A DNA stretch of 64,000 nucleotides from an uncultured cyanobacterium (lineage in GTDB: Bacteria; Cyanobacteriota; Cyanobacteriia; Cyanobacteriales; CAWCAG01): contig CAWDOD010000003.1 in NCBI GenBank assembly GCA_963803805.1, positions 576,001 to 640,000 of the forward strand, written 5' to 3'. Of the stretch, positions 43,045 to 53,654 are shown piece after piece (the first letter of the stretch is position 1; each line of letters opens with the position of its first letter). Under the pieces are notes generated by a model, which saw only the letters and a program-made list of their open reading frames with translations, was not told where the DNA came from and searched no databases. The position numbers and the translations under genes were made by a program.

Positions 43045-43287
43045 CTACTTGCCTTTTTCTTGTTCCTGATTTAGTTGGGAAAAATGGAGTAAGGGCAAAT
43101 GGTCACCTCGAAAAATTTCTTCGCTAGCTTTGCCAATCTCGATTAATGATTCAACCAGCTTCTCCGTTGCCATAACGCTAAGTAAGAAAGGCCCTGTCGC
43201 AAAACTCAAGACATTTTCTGCGTTGATTGGTAATTTAGAAAGATTCCAAGCTGCATTTTGCGAGGAATTTTTGTATTCTGGTGGCAT
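43045..43287 (-). CDS. Conserved small cyanobacterial hypothetical protein
   Basis: T.PFL...L.E.G.ASEEIFRGD.LP.L.F pattern. Confidence 0.7.
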   Translation of the reverse strand: MPPEYKNSSQNAAWNLSKLPINAENVLSFATGPFLLSVMATEKLVESLIEIGKASEEIFRGDHLPLLHFSQLNQEQEKGK

Positions 43288-43382
43288 TGCTTGTCTATTA
43301 TATAGTTTATAAAATTGCTTACTTACATGATATTTTAATACCCTTTGTCCTTAATCAATTGCTAATCCCAGATTTGTAAACA

Positions 43383-46359
43383 GTGATGTTGGATGTAGAT
43401 CGACACCACCCTAAAACTCGCAACCCTTCTTTTTCTGAATGGTTGTATCAGGCGCTTCAAAAATCTGAACAAGTGCCGTTGAATATGCGCTTGCGAGTCC
43501 GTTTGAAGGGTAATAATCTTTTAGTTCTTTGCGAAGATCGTTCCTGTCCCCAGGCTACTAAGCTTGTACCTCGATTGGCTAAGATTCTTAAATCGACTCA
43601 GGGGCAACAGAAAATTTTAGCTTTGGGACATAAAGATTCCATTTACCAAGTGGTTGTTTATGGTAAGGAAGTTGGTCAAAATAGTTTTGCTTGGATCAAA
43701 ACTATTACCCTCAATCCAGAGAAATCATCTCTACCTGAAGGAAAAAAGCACTCCCTAGACTCCCATAAAAATTTAGCCCGTTCTGGTTATCCTACTGCTA
43801 TTGCTCGCTATCTCAGTGCCGTTCTTTCTCACTTAGGCGTTAGTGTCAAGGTTGTCCTGCAAAAGCTTTCTGAGGCTGACGAACTAGCAGAAACCTCTGA
43901 CCGCAGGCTTTGGGTGATTTGCAGTTGTAACTATAGTCCTGACCCCTCTTTACTTGCTGAACCCATTGCCCAAAAGCTACGAGCCTTAGAACTAGAAGGT
44001 CATAGAGAAGCTATTGTTAGAGCACAGGTAAGGGGTGAAGAACTCCCTGACTGGACTTTACGGGTAGATTTAACATCTTCAAAGCAGATGCTCAAAAATT
44101 GGGCTAAGTGGGGAGATATTCAGGCTTTAACCCGCTTACTTAATGAAGAATTGCAAGACCAAGGCATGGAAGTCAGGGCTGTTCTTAAAGATGTAACCTT
44201 ACATCTATTTGCGAGGGTTCTATCTCCAACTCAGGAAGCTCATCAAGACAGTCCTAACCAGGATAACGTCGTAGGGGTAATTTTGCCAATTTTAGAGCTT
44301 CTCAAGCCCCAAGGAATTGAGTCTGCTACGGTTTATGGTATCCAAAATCCCAAGCTTAATAGGGCAACCATAAATAATGACCCTGGTATGGTTAATTTTG
44401 CTAATATTAATCATCCTGTTAATGCCCATGGTTCAGAAGTACCTGTTTGGATTAAATGGTTAAGTTTGATGCCACCAGGAGAGGGGACTTCGGCTTATTC
44501 TCTTGCTCAACAAGGTGATAAAAAATCCCTTACTTTCCTACTGCAAAGATTACTCAATCCTGACATTGATGAACGCTCACGGTTAGGAGGAGTTAGGGTT
44601 AAGCTGTGTCGCAAACAAAATCTTCTCCACATTATGTGTGAGGGTATCATCTGCCCTTCTCAAGAAGTTGTCCCCCCAATAGAAAGCTTACTGCGTCAAC
44701 TTTCTATTCCTCAAATTGTCGGGGTAAGAATTTATGGTCGTCGTGCTGGTAAATCGTCGGCGACTTGGAGTCGGGGTGTTGATTTTGTTAGTCGTAAAAG
44801 TTTGGCGGTTGAAGTAACTCCGGAATTTGAGGAGACAGAAAATTATCCTCCTAAAGTGGAAACTGCTACCAATGATGAAGCTTTACTTCCTCAACAAGAG
44901 GAGGAAAGCAACCCCACTATTCTTAGTCAAATAGGTTCAGGAACTGGTCAGTTCCTCAAGCAAATTCTCTGTTTATCGAGGTTTTTTGTTCCTGACCAAC
45001 AACCAACTTTGGCTCCTACCTTAACAAATAAAGGCATAAGAGCAACGGTTGCTTGGGCTACTTTAGGGTTGATCTGCGCTTTGACAACAGATAGCTTATT
45101 GGGATTATGGCTGCAAAATAGTTCTCAAGTAGAAGAACAGGAAAAAAATTTGTTAGCTGATTTTGAAGACGAACTCCTGCCCACTTCTCCAACTTCTGGG
45201 GAAGTTTCTGGAGAAGCCGATGGAGTTTTTAATGGGGAACAATTTACCCAAAAAGGACAAAAGCAAATTGGCTCGGAAGGTATATCTCGCCCCAATGCTA
45301 CCACCGCCGCCATACTAGCTTCTGCCCGTTCTGATAATCCTTCTTTTAATAACCGACTATTAGATGAAAAGTTAGCCCTTTACCAACAACAGGTTAAAGA
45401 AAAAGGGGGTCCTCCCGATGTTTTGATTGTGGGAAGTTCTCGGGCTTTGCGAGGAGTAGATCCTCAAAGGTTGCAAGAAACTCTAGCTCAACAAGGTTAT
45501 GAAGATTTAAAGGTATTTAATTTTGGTGTTAATGGTGCGACTGCTCAAGTAGTAGATTTTATTCTGCGTCGTCTTTTAAGTCTGGAGGAATTACCGAAAC
45601 TAATTATTTGGGCAGATGGGGCTAGGGCTTTTAATAGTGGCAGGGAAGATTTGACTTACCAAGCTATTGCTAATTCGGCAGGTTATCAAAAATTAAATGC
45701 AGGAAATTTTGCTAACACTTCCCAAGAAGATACTTCTGATCAAGCAAGTTTAAACAATAGCTATGAGGTAGCTAATGATTGGGTTAATGAATTATTAGGT
45801 AATATTTCTAGAGTTTATTCCCAGCGCGATCGCCTCAAAGCTTTATTTCGAGATCAATTTGCTAACTTAGTTGATTCTGCTTCTTCTCAAGAAGAAATTG
45901 AGAGGTTAACTCAAGAAGAAGGAAGGATGGCTATTGATATTGATGGTTTTCTACCTCTGTCGGAACGCTTCGATCCCCAAACCTATCATCAAGAACATCC
46001 TCTAGTTTCAGGGAGCTATGATGGAGACTATAATTCTTTTCGTTTAGACGGAAAACAAGACCAAGCTATCCGAAATCTTTTGCAATTTCTAGCAACTCAA
46101 AATAGTAGTTTGGTTTTTGTTAATTTGCCTTTGACGGAGCAGTATTTACAATCCGGTTCGTCGCAAATATGAGAAGGAATTTGCTCAATATATGAATCGT
46201 ACTGAGGCAGAAACAGGTTTGATTTTTCTAGATTTTGCTAATATCTGGACTGGACAAAATCAGCTTTTTTCCGATCCTAGTCACCTTAACCGATATGGGG
46301 CTTTTGAAGTATCTCAAGAGTTGGGGAAAGAAGATGAAATTCCTTGGTCAAAGAAATAG
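43383..46359 (+). CDS. Large membrane protein with C-terminal SGNH-like (DUF1574-type) domain; apparent frameshift near 46149
   Basis: LIVGSSRA, FNFGVNGA; the shifted frame continues PVRRKYE...FSDPSHLNRYGA to stop 46357-46359. Confidence 0.72.
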
Positions 46360-46971
46360 ATTTTGCCTTGATTTACTAATCATCGGATTTTTAATTGGGT
46401 AATTACCCTACAAACCCAATCTGTCCAGGGGCTAATTGTAAAGCTTTCAATTCTCTTCATTTTCTTCAAATGTTTTAAGAGCTAGTCCCCATACACCTAG
46501 AATGTTATATTTGTCAAAAAAACTTTTAAAATCACCTCAAAATTTGTTCACCCTTACACTCTTCATGGTTAATATTTTGAGGGGAATTGCTATGAAATGA
46601 ACGATTTATCTAGCTTGTAGAGACTCGCTTTTAATTTTTGACACTACAATAGGAGTGTGATTTTTTCTACTTTACCATAAAAGTACACAAATGCGTTGTT
46701 TGAAGAATTTTTTTAGACTTGACATTTGGTAAGTTGAAGTTATGTTAATTTTAAATATTTAATAGAAAGCTGAATTTAGTTAAACTGATGCTTATACTAT
46801 CGCTTTAACGTTTCGGACGCTTTCCCCACCGTAATAAAATCTTAGATCGAGAAACTACTCCCCAAGAAGAAGAGTTTCTCTCTCAACCTAGCTCATCTTT
46901 TTAAAAGATAAGAGCAACAAGTCCAAGGAAAAATAGTAAAATGACATTCCTAAACTAACTCCTTTCTCTCC

Positions 46972-48154
46972 ATGAAACTTGTTTGCTCTCAAAGCGATCT
47001 CAGCACCAATCTTTCTTTAATCAGCCGTGCTGTACCTTCTCGCCCAACCCATCCCGTCCTTGGCAATGTTTTGTTAGTTGCCGACGAAAAAACCCAGCGA
47101 GTTAGTCTTACCGCTTTTGATTTAAGTCTTGGTATTCAAACCAGTTTCCCTGCCCAGGTAATCGAAGGCAGTACCATTACCTTGCCAGCTAAGCTACTAA
47201 ACGACATCATTTCTCGACTTCCAGAAGGAGAAATCACCCTACTCTATGAAGAGGGAGAGGGGGAGGAAGGAAATGAAGGATCTTCTAGTTACCCTAACTT
47301 CAGCTTCCGGACGCTATCAGGTGAGAGGTATGGGGGCAGAGGAGTTTCCTGATTTACCTGTGATTGAAGAAGGACTTGCCCTTCACTTGCCTGGAAATGC
47401 TTTAGTAGAAGGTTTGCGAGGTAGTATTTTCGCTGCCAGTACTGATGAGACTAAGCAGATATTAACGGGTATACATTTGGGTTTGCAACAAGATAGCCTC
47501 GAATTTGCCGCTACCGATGGACATCGTTTGGCAGTGGTAGAAACTAGTACCGAAGGGGAGGAAGAAGCCGAAGAAACCTCAGCAATTAAAAATAATGTCG
47601 AAGAATTTGCTGCAACTATTCCGGCTAGGGCGTTAAGGGAATTGGAGAGAATTTTGGCAACTCGCCAAAGTAAAGAACCTGTGGCACTTTATGCTGATGA
47701 TGGGCAAGTGGTTTTTGAATTAGGGGAACAACGCTTAACTAGTCGCAAGTTAGATGGACAATACCCCGCTTACGAACAATTGCTCCCCTCACAATTTGCA
47801 ATTACTTTAACCGTAGAACGCAAACGATTATTAAGCAGCTTAGAATTAGTGGCGGTACTAGCAGAGCAGAAAAATAGTATCGTTAAATTTAGTTTAGATA
47901 GCGAGGCGCAACAACTTTCTCTTTCTGTAGATGCCCAAGATGTAGGTAGTGCTAAAGAGTCTATGCCCGCACAAATTTCTGGGGAAAGTATTGAGATTGC
48001 TTTTAATGTTAAGTATGTTTTGGATTCCTTAAAAGTACTCAACGCCGCAGAAATTACCATGCAAATGAATACTTCAGATAGTCCGGTGATTTTGACTCCT
48101 TTGAGTGGGGTAAAGATGACTCATTTGGTCATGCCAGTACAGATAAGGGGATAA
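46972..48154 (+). CDS. dnaN: DNA polymerase III beta clamp, split by an apparent extra base near 47278
   Basis: ORF1 SRAVPSRPTHPVL, TAFDL; ORF2 EEFP, AATDGHRL, YP.Y, IAFN.KY, MPVQIR. Confidence 0.93.
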
Positions 48155-48211
48155 TGTCAGTGAACAGTAAACAGTAAACAGTTATCAGTTACCAGTTAGC
48201 TTAATTATCTC

Positions 48212-48243
48212 GTAGGTTGGGTTAAACGAAGAGCAACCCAACG
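48212..48243. repeat. GTAG-type REP-like palindrome following heptamer repeats
   Basis: GTAG GTTGGGTT...AACCCAAC; (CAGT)-heptamers at about 48158-48197. Confidence 0.6.
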
Positions 48244-48360
48244 AAACATTGCGATAGTAATATCCGTTTTAATAGTTAATAGGTAAGAAATACAGCTTAA
48301 TGATTGTTACATAATAGTCTTGGAGCAAAAATTGCTAGATTCCCTAGCTTTAGCGAGCAA

Positions 48361-48771
48361 ATGAGAGATAAATTTCACAATGCGGTAAGACACGGGCTAG
48401 AAAAGGATGGTTGGACAATCACCGAAGATCCTCTCAGGATTCGGTCTGGTCGAGTTGATATGCAAATAGACTTGGGGGCTGAGAGGTTACTAGCGGCAAT
48501 AAGAGGAAAGGAAAAAATTGCTGTTGAGGTGAAAAGCTTTACCAATCCATCTAATATTTCTGAGTTTCACACTGCTTTGGGACAATTTTTGAATTATCAA
48601 GTTGCTTTAGAAGAACAGAAGCCCGAATTTAAGCTGTTTCTGGCTATACCTATGGGGACATTCAAAACATTTTTTAATCTACCATTCGTACAAACGGTAG
48701 TTGAGCGTTTTCAACTTAGTCTCTTAGTTTATAATCCATCTGAAGAGGTGATTTTAGAATGGAAAAGGTAA
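48361..48771 (+). CDS. xisH: XisH family protein
   Basis: D.FH.AV...LEKDGWTIT.DP, IDLGAE, IAVEVKSF, FHTALGQF. Confidence 0.9.
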   Translation: MRDKFHNAVRHGLEKDGWTITEDPLRIRSGRVDMQIDLGAERLLAAIRGKEKIAVEVKSFTNPSNISEFHTALGQFLNYQVALEEQKPEFKLFLAIPMGTFKTFFNLPFVQTVVERFQLSLLVYNPSEEVILEWKR

Positions 48772-49094
48772 GTCAATATCGCCAATATATTAAACAACTT
48801 CTGAGTGACTATGCTAGTAAAAGTCCATCTGATGAAGATGTAGAAGCTGCCTTAATCTTTGATACAGAGCGTGACCATTATCAAGTTGTTTACACTGGCT
48901 GGAAGAATCACCAACCAATGTACGGTTGTGTTCTCCACTTTAGTATCAAAAATGCCAAAGTTTGGATACATCATGATGGCACGGAAGTTGGTTTCGCTAA
49001 CGAACTTGTTAAGTTAGGAGTACCGAAGACGGATATTGTACTAGCATTTCAAGAGCCTGCTGTGCGGCAATATACTGACTTTGCTGTAGGTTAA
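48759..49094 (+). CDS. xisI: XisI family protein
   Basis: IFD.ERDHYQ, KVWI.HDGTE, GVPK.DIVLAF; overlaps xisH. Confidence 0.9.
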   Translation: MEKVSQYRQYIKQLLSDYASKSPSDEDVEAALIFDTERDHYQVVYTGWKNHQPMYGCVLHFSIKNAKVWIHHDGTEVGFANELVKLGVPKTDIVLAFQEPAVRQYTDFAVG

Positions 49095-49399
49095 AGCAAA
49101 AGCTTATCTCTCCCTCTGTTTACTGATAACTCTACAAACAGGACTTACGTAGTGAGGGCATAGGGAATAGTCAATAGTCAATAGGGAAAAGGCATTGAGA
49201 AAAATTGAGCTAGACGCAACAAATACCATTTTGAATGCGTTTCAGCTTAGCTGTTTCTCTTTAAGAAAATTACCCAAAAGTTAGTAGTCATCTTTAAGAT
49301 GCCGATCGCTGTTAGCCAGGGATTTTAATCCTTGGCGGTTTAATTGAATAGACTGAGAACTGCATAAAGTAGCCGTTGCCGCAGGTTAAACTGATGGGA

Positions 49400-49462
49400 T
49401 AGGGCGACCCAATTTAAACTTTGGTTGGTTGGAAATACTTCGGAAACGGGTCGCCTCTACAA
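49400..49462. repeat. Dispersed REP-like hairpin, copy 1
   Basis: TAGGGCGACCCAATTTAAAC...AAACGGGTCGCCTCTACAA; second copy at 62377-62439. Confidence 0.85.
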
Positions 49463-49484
49463 CTGATAAGGTTACAACTGAAAA

Positions 49485-52400
49485 ATGGCAAAAGATGAGG
49501 CGTATCGCGAAGCGGAAAAGAGAATTGAGGTAGCGAAGCAAGACGGGGCGACGGAACTTGATCTTAGAAACTTGGGGTTGAGTGAGTTGCCAGAAACAAT
49601 TGGTGAACTTGTTGACCTGAAAGTTCTTGATCTTGGTTATAAAGACGATAAGGAAGGTGAGAGAAACAAACTAACTGAGTTGCCAGAGTCTTCAGGCAAT
49701 CTCACCCAGTTACAGAGACTTGACCTCGATTCTAACCAACTAACCACAGTACCGGAATTTCTCGGCAACTTCACCCAGCTACACTGGCTTTACCTCGATT
49801 CTAACCAACTAACCACAGTACCAGAATCTCTCGGCAACCTCACCCAGTTACAGGGGCTTTCCCTCTCCTCCAACCAACTAACCACAGTACCGGAATTCCT
49901 CGGCAACCTCACCCAGTTACAGGGGCTTTCCCTCTCCTCCAACCAACTAACCACAGTACCGGAATTCCTCGGCAACCTCACCCAGTTAAAGATTCTTGCC
50001 CTCTCCTCTAACCAACTAACCACAGTACCAGAATTTCTCGGCAACTTCACCCAGCTACACTGGCTTTACCTCTACTCCAACCAATTAACTGACATACCAA
50101 TTTCACTGGCACAGCTCAAGCATCTAAAAACACTTACACTTAATAACAATCCCCTAAACCCCGAACTAGCCGCAGCCAACGAACAAGGACTAGATGCAAT
50201 CAAAGCCTACCTACAAGCCAAAGCGGAAGGAGAAGTTGTCCTCAACGAAGCCAAACTCATCATAGTAGGAGAAGGGGACGTAGGCAAAAGCTGCTTACTA
50301 GGGGCATTGCGGGGTGATCCTTGGCTAAAAGACTGCCCCACTACCCACGGTATAGAAATCAAGCCTGTCACCCTCACTGACACCACTAACAATACAGAAA
50401 TCATCCTCAACGGTTGGGACTTTGGAGGGCAGCGAGTCTATCGCCCTACCCATCAGCTTTTCTTCTCTGCCCCAGCCGTTTACCTCGTAGTCTGGAAGCC
50501 CAGGGAAGGGCCGCAACAGGGCTTTGTGCGGGAGTGGATCACCCTAATCAAACATCGTGAACCCGATGCTAAGGTGATAGTGGTGGCTACCCACGGAGGG
50601 CCGCAACAGCGTCAACCGGATATAGATAGGCAAGAGTTGACGGACCTGTTTGGAGAAGATACGGTGCAGGGCTTCTTCTTTGTGGACAGTAAACCCCATG
50701 AAGCTACCACAGAATGTAAAAATGTTAGTTCCCTCAAGGAGAAGATTACCGAAGTTGCAACGGCTTTACCAGGTATGGGGCGTACTATCCCGGCGAAATG
50801 GCATCAAGTCCGGGAGGCATTGAAAGCAACGGGTAAGCCCTATCTGTCCTATCAAGATGTCTTAGCTATTTGTGCCGCACAAGGAGTAACCGGGTTTCTC
50901 GCTGAACAATGTATCCGCGTTTATCATACCTTGGGTAACATTGTTCACTACCACTACGACACTGTCTTAAAAGATATTGTCATCCTCAAACCCGACTGGC
51001 TGACTAAAGCGATTAGCTTTGTTTTAGACGACGAACAAACCCGCCATAACAACGGTTTAGTTGAGTTTGCCCATCTCAGCCAACTATGGAGTAATCCCCC
51101 CGTTGCTGGAGAGGAAGGTTATCCCCTTGACTTACATCCTGTCTTCCTCCGTTTGATGGAAAAGTTCGACCTTTCCTACAAGGTGGTACTCGATGCCGCT
51201 TCAACGGAAGAAAGTACCACTAGCCTCATCGCCCAACTTGTCCCCGACAATCGCCCCCATCCCTTACCCTGGCGTGAAGAAGAGGGGGAACGACAACAAA
51301 TCCAAATCTGTCGCATCGTCGATAAAAGGGGACAACTTGCCAACGCTGAAGGGTTGTTTTATCGCTTAATTGTGCGTCTCCATAAATACTCCTTAGGGCG
51401 CAACGATTACAGAAAGAGTATTCACTGGCAACGGGGGCTAATGCTTGACGACGAATACAACGGCCGTGCTTTATTAGAACATATTGGTACAAATGTGCAA
51501 ATTACTGTTAGGGCTGCCTATCCGAGGCATTTTTTGCATCAACTTACCCAGGAGGTTAAGTGGCTAGTGGAAAGTTGGAAAGGATTAAAGTGTAAGATTT
51601 TTGTCCCCTGTATTGCTCCCTGCGGTATGAACCAGCCTGGTTTAGCTAAGTTCGAGGTTAAGAAACTAATCGTCACCAAGCAGAGAAACCAGACAGAATA
51701 CCTTTGTAATGTTTCCGGTTGCGACGAATGGCAAAATATTGATAAGTTGATGCTGAATGCCCCAGTTATTAAGACTAGAGAGAATGAGGAAATCTCCGAG
51801 ATGCAAAGGGAGATAAGAGGAATCCGCCAAGATATTCGGGTTTTAGATCAGCGCAATCAGAAAGGCTTCCAAGGGCTTAAGCAAGGGCAAAAGGTGATTT
51901 TGAGTAAGGTTGATGAACAATTTACCAACTTGATGCAAACCTTCACCGACGAAGCAAAGGAAGGGCCACGTTTGTTTAGTTTTAAACCCGTTGAACCCAG
52001 TTTCTTTGATAGCCCGAAATGGCTAAAAGCAAAGTTTCAGCTTACCCTCTGGTGTGAACATTCCCGCCAACCTCTACCCACTCTCAACCCTGGTAATAGT
52101 AAGCAAGGTGTCTACGAAATTGAGTTAAGCCGTGAATGGTTTACCAAGGCGGCCCCCTACCTCAAGCTGATGACTACCACCATCGGTTTAGTGTTACCCG
52201 TAGGGGCATCGGCGACAAAGTTGCTGTTAGAAGAGAATGTTTATAAAGGTATTGAAGAAGAGTTAGATTTTGCCCAAAAGGCTATTGAGTTTTCCACTAA
52301 AAGCACTGATTTAGTAGTAGACGGGTTGAGGGAAAACAACGCCCCCGACTTTGAATACGGGAAAGATATCCGCGCCGAAGGTGCGATGTTGCGGCAACTC

Positions 52401-52508
52401 CACGCTATCCTCAAGGAAGAAGATCCCAGTTTTGGAGGTTTGGCAAGAGTACCGAATAAACGTCAAGAGTTTGTTTGGGTTCATCCTCAGTTTGTTAAGG
52501 AGTATTGA
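49485..52508 (+). CDS. LRR-Roc-COR (Roco) GTPase
   Basis: 23-aa LRRs; P-loop GEGDVGKS, THGIE, WDFGGQ; COR motifs LKPDWL, LMEKFDL; coiled coil and unassigned C-terminal domain. Confidence 0.9.
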   Translation: MAKDEAYREAEKRIEVAKQDGATELDLRNLGLSELPETIGELVDLKVLDLGYKDDKEGERNKLTELPESSGNLTQLQRLDLDSNQLTTVPEFLGNFTQLHWLYLDSNQLTTVPESLGNLTQLQGLSLSSNQLTTVPEFLGNLTQLQGLSLSSNQLTTVPEFLGNLTQLKILALSSNQLTTVPEFLGNFTQLHWLYLYSNQLTDIPISLAQLKHLKTLTLNNNPLNPELAAANEQGLDAIKAYLQAKAEGEVVLNEAKLIIVGEGDVGKSCLLGALRGDPWLKDCPTTHGIEIKPVTLTDTTNNTEIILNGWDFGGQRVYRPTHQLFFSAPAVYLVVWKPREGPQQGFVREWITLIKHREPDAKVIVVATHGGPQQRQPDIDRQELTDLFGEDTVQGFFFVDSKPHEATTECKNVSSLKEKITEVATALPGMGRTIPAKWHQVREALKATGKPYLSYQDVLAICAAQGVTGFLAEQCIRVYHTLGNIVHYHYDTVLKDIVILKPDWLTKAISFVLDDEQTRHNNGLVEFAHLSQLWSNPPVAGEEGYPLDLHPVFLRLMEKFDLSYKVVLDAASTEESTTSLIAQLVPDNRPHPLPWREEEGERQQIQICRIVDKRGQLANAEGLFYRLIVRLHKYSLGRNDYRKSIHWQRGLMLDDEYNGRALLEHIGTNVQITVRAAYPRHFLHQLTQEVKWLVESWKGLKCKIFVPCIAPCGMNQPGLAKFEVKKLIVTKQRNQTEYLCNVSGCDEWQNIDKLMLNAPVIKTRENEEISEMQREIRGIRQDIRVLDQRNQKGFQGLKQGQKVILSKVDEQFTNLMQTFTDEAKEGPRLFSFKPVEPSFFDSPKWLKAKFQLTLWCEHSRQPLPTLNPGNSKQGVYEIELSREWFTKAAPYLKLMTTTIGLVLPVGASATKLLLEENVYKGIEEELDFAQKAIEFSTKSTDLVVDGLRENNAPDFEYGKDIRAEGAMLRQLHAILKEEDPSFGGLARVPNKRQEFVWVHPQFVKEY
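49695..50099 (+). repeat. Six tandem 69-bp LRR-coding repeats
   Basis: Units start at 49695, 49764, 49833, 49902, 49971, 50040; units 3 and 4 are identical. Confidence 0.92.
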
Positions 52509-52559
52509 TTTAAGTAATAAGTAATAAGTAAGTAGTCGTACAAAAAAAGAGGAGAAGAT

Positions 52560-53654
52560 TTGGTTAATACTGTCGGAATCGCCAAGCAATTTTTCCCAGC
52601 AGAAAAAGTTAGAGATGTCCAACCTTGGGGCAACGGTAATGTTAACGATACTTTCCTCGTTACCCTCGATACCCCCCAAGCAAGTTTTATTCTGCAACGC
52701 ATCAACACTAATGTATTTCGCCAACCAGAATTGGTGATGCAAAATCTTCGTCTGTGTACAGAACATATTAGCCAACGTCGCCAAGAATCTGCCCTCTTAA
52801 AGTCTGACAGACGTTGGGAGATGCCCAAAGTGCAGTTAACTCATGATGGGCAAGAGGGCTATGTTGATGCTGAGGGGAATTTCTGGCGGGGACTTAGCTT
52901 CATTGAAGGTGAGTCTTTTGATACTATCAAAAATACTAATTTAGCCCAGGAAGTTGGTTATGCTTTGGGGATGTTTCATAATCTCCTTAGTGATTTACCA
53001 ACTGAGAAATTAGCTGATACTTTGCCAGGGTTTCATATTACTCCTTTATATCTCCAACAATACGATCAGGTATTAGAAAAAGTAGAAATAGAAATTTCTA
53101 CTGAGGTAGCATATGGCTTGAAATTCATCAGCGATCGCAGAATTTGGGTAGAGGTTTTAGAAAATGCCAAACAACAGGGAAAGTTACCTCTACGGGCAAT
53201 TCACGGCGATCCGAAGGTTAATAACGTTATGGTTGATCGTAGTACCGGGCAAGCTATTTCTATTATTGATCTTGATACTGTTAAACCAGGTTTAGTTCAC
53301 TACGACATTGGCGACTGTTTGCGTTCAGGATGTAATCCTACTGGGGAAGAAACCCAAAACTGGCAAAATGTTCATTTTGAGGTGGATCTTTGTCAAGCAA
53401 TTTTACGAGGTTATTTTCTTTTGGCAAAAGGTTTCCTTAAGGAAAATGATTACGAATATATTTATAACGCTATTCACTTAATTACCTTCGAGTTAGGGTT
53501 AAGATTTTTTAGTGACTATTTGGCAGGAAACGTTTACTTTAAAGTCAAATATCCAGAACATAATCTCGCTAGGGCGTTAGTGCAGTTTAAACTCACAGAA
53601 AGTATTGAATCCCAAGAAGATGCTATTCAAGCCATAATTAAGGACTTGAAATGA
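52560..53654 (+). CDS. APH-like phosphotransferase (N-acetylhexosamine 1-kinase-like)
   Basis: G.GNVNDTF, LQRIN, HGDPKVNN, IDLDTV.PG, YDIGD.LR. Confidence 0.8.
   Translation: MVNTVGIAKQFFPAEKVRDVQPWGNGNVNDTFLVTLDTPQASFILQRINTNVFRQPELVMQNLRLCTEHISQRRQESALLKSDRRWEMPKVQLTHDGQEGYVDAEGNFWRGLSFIEGESFDTIKNTNLAQEVGYALGMFHNLLSDLPTEKLADTLPGFHITPLYLQQYDQVLEKVEIEISTEVAYGLKFISDRRIWVEVLENAKQQGKLPLRAIHGDPKVNNVMVDRSTGQAISIIDLDTVKPGLVHYDIGDCLRSGCNPTGEETQNWQNVHFEVDLCQAILRGYFLLAKGFLKENDYEYIYNAIHLITFELGLRFFSDYLAGNVYFKVKYPEHNLARALVQFKLTESIESQEDAIQAIIKDLK

Noticed and set aside
47246-47290. Programmed ribosomal frameshift in dnaN
   Set aside because: No slippery heptamer or clear stimulator; three other single-base indels nearby point to consensus error
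48304-49094. fdxN-type excision element
   Set aside because: No XisF-like recombinase and no interrupted gene in the window
49695-50099. CRISPR array or DGR template/variable repeat
   Set aside because: The repeats are in-frame LRR codons with no unique spacers; no cas or reverse transcriptase gene in the window; differences are not adenine-specific
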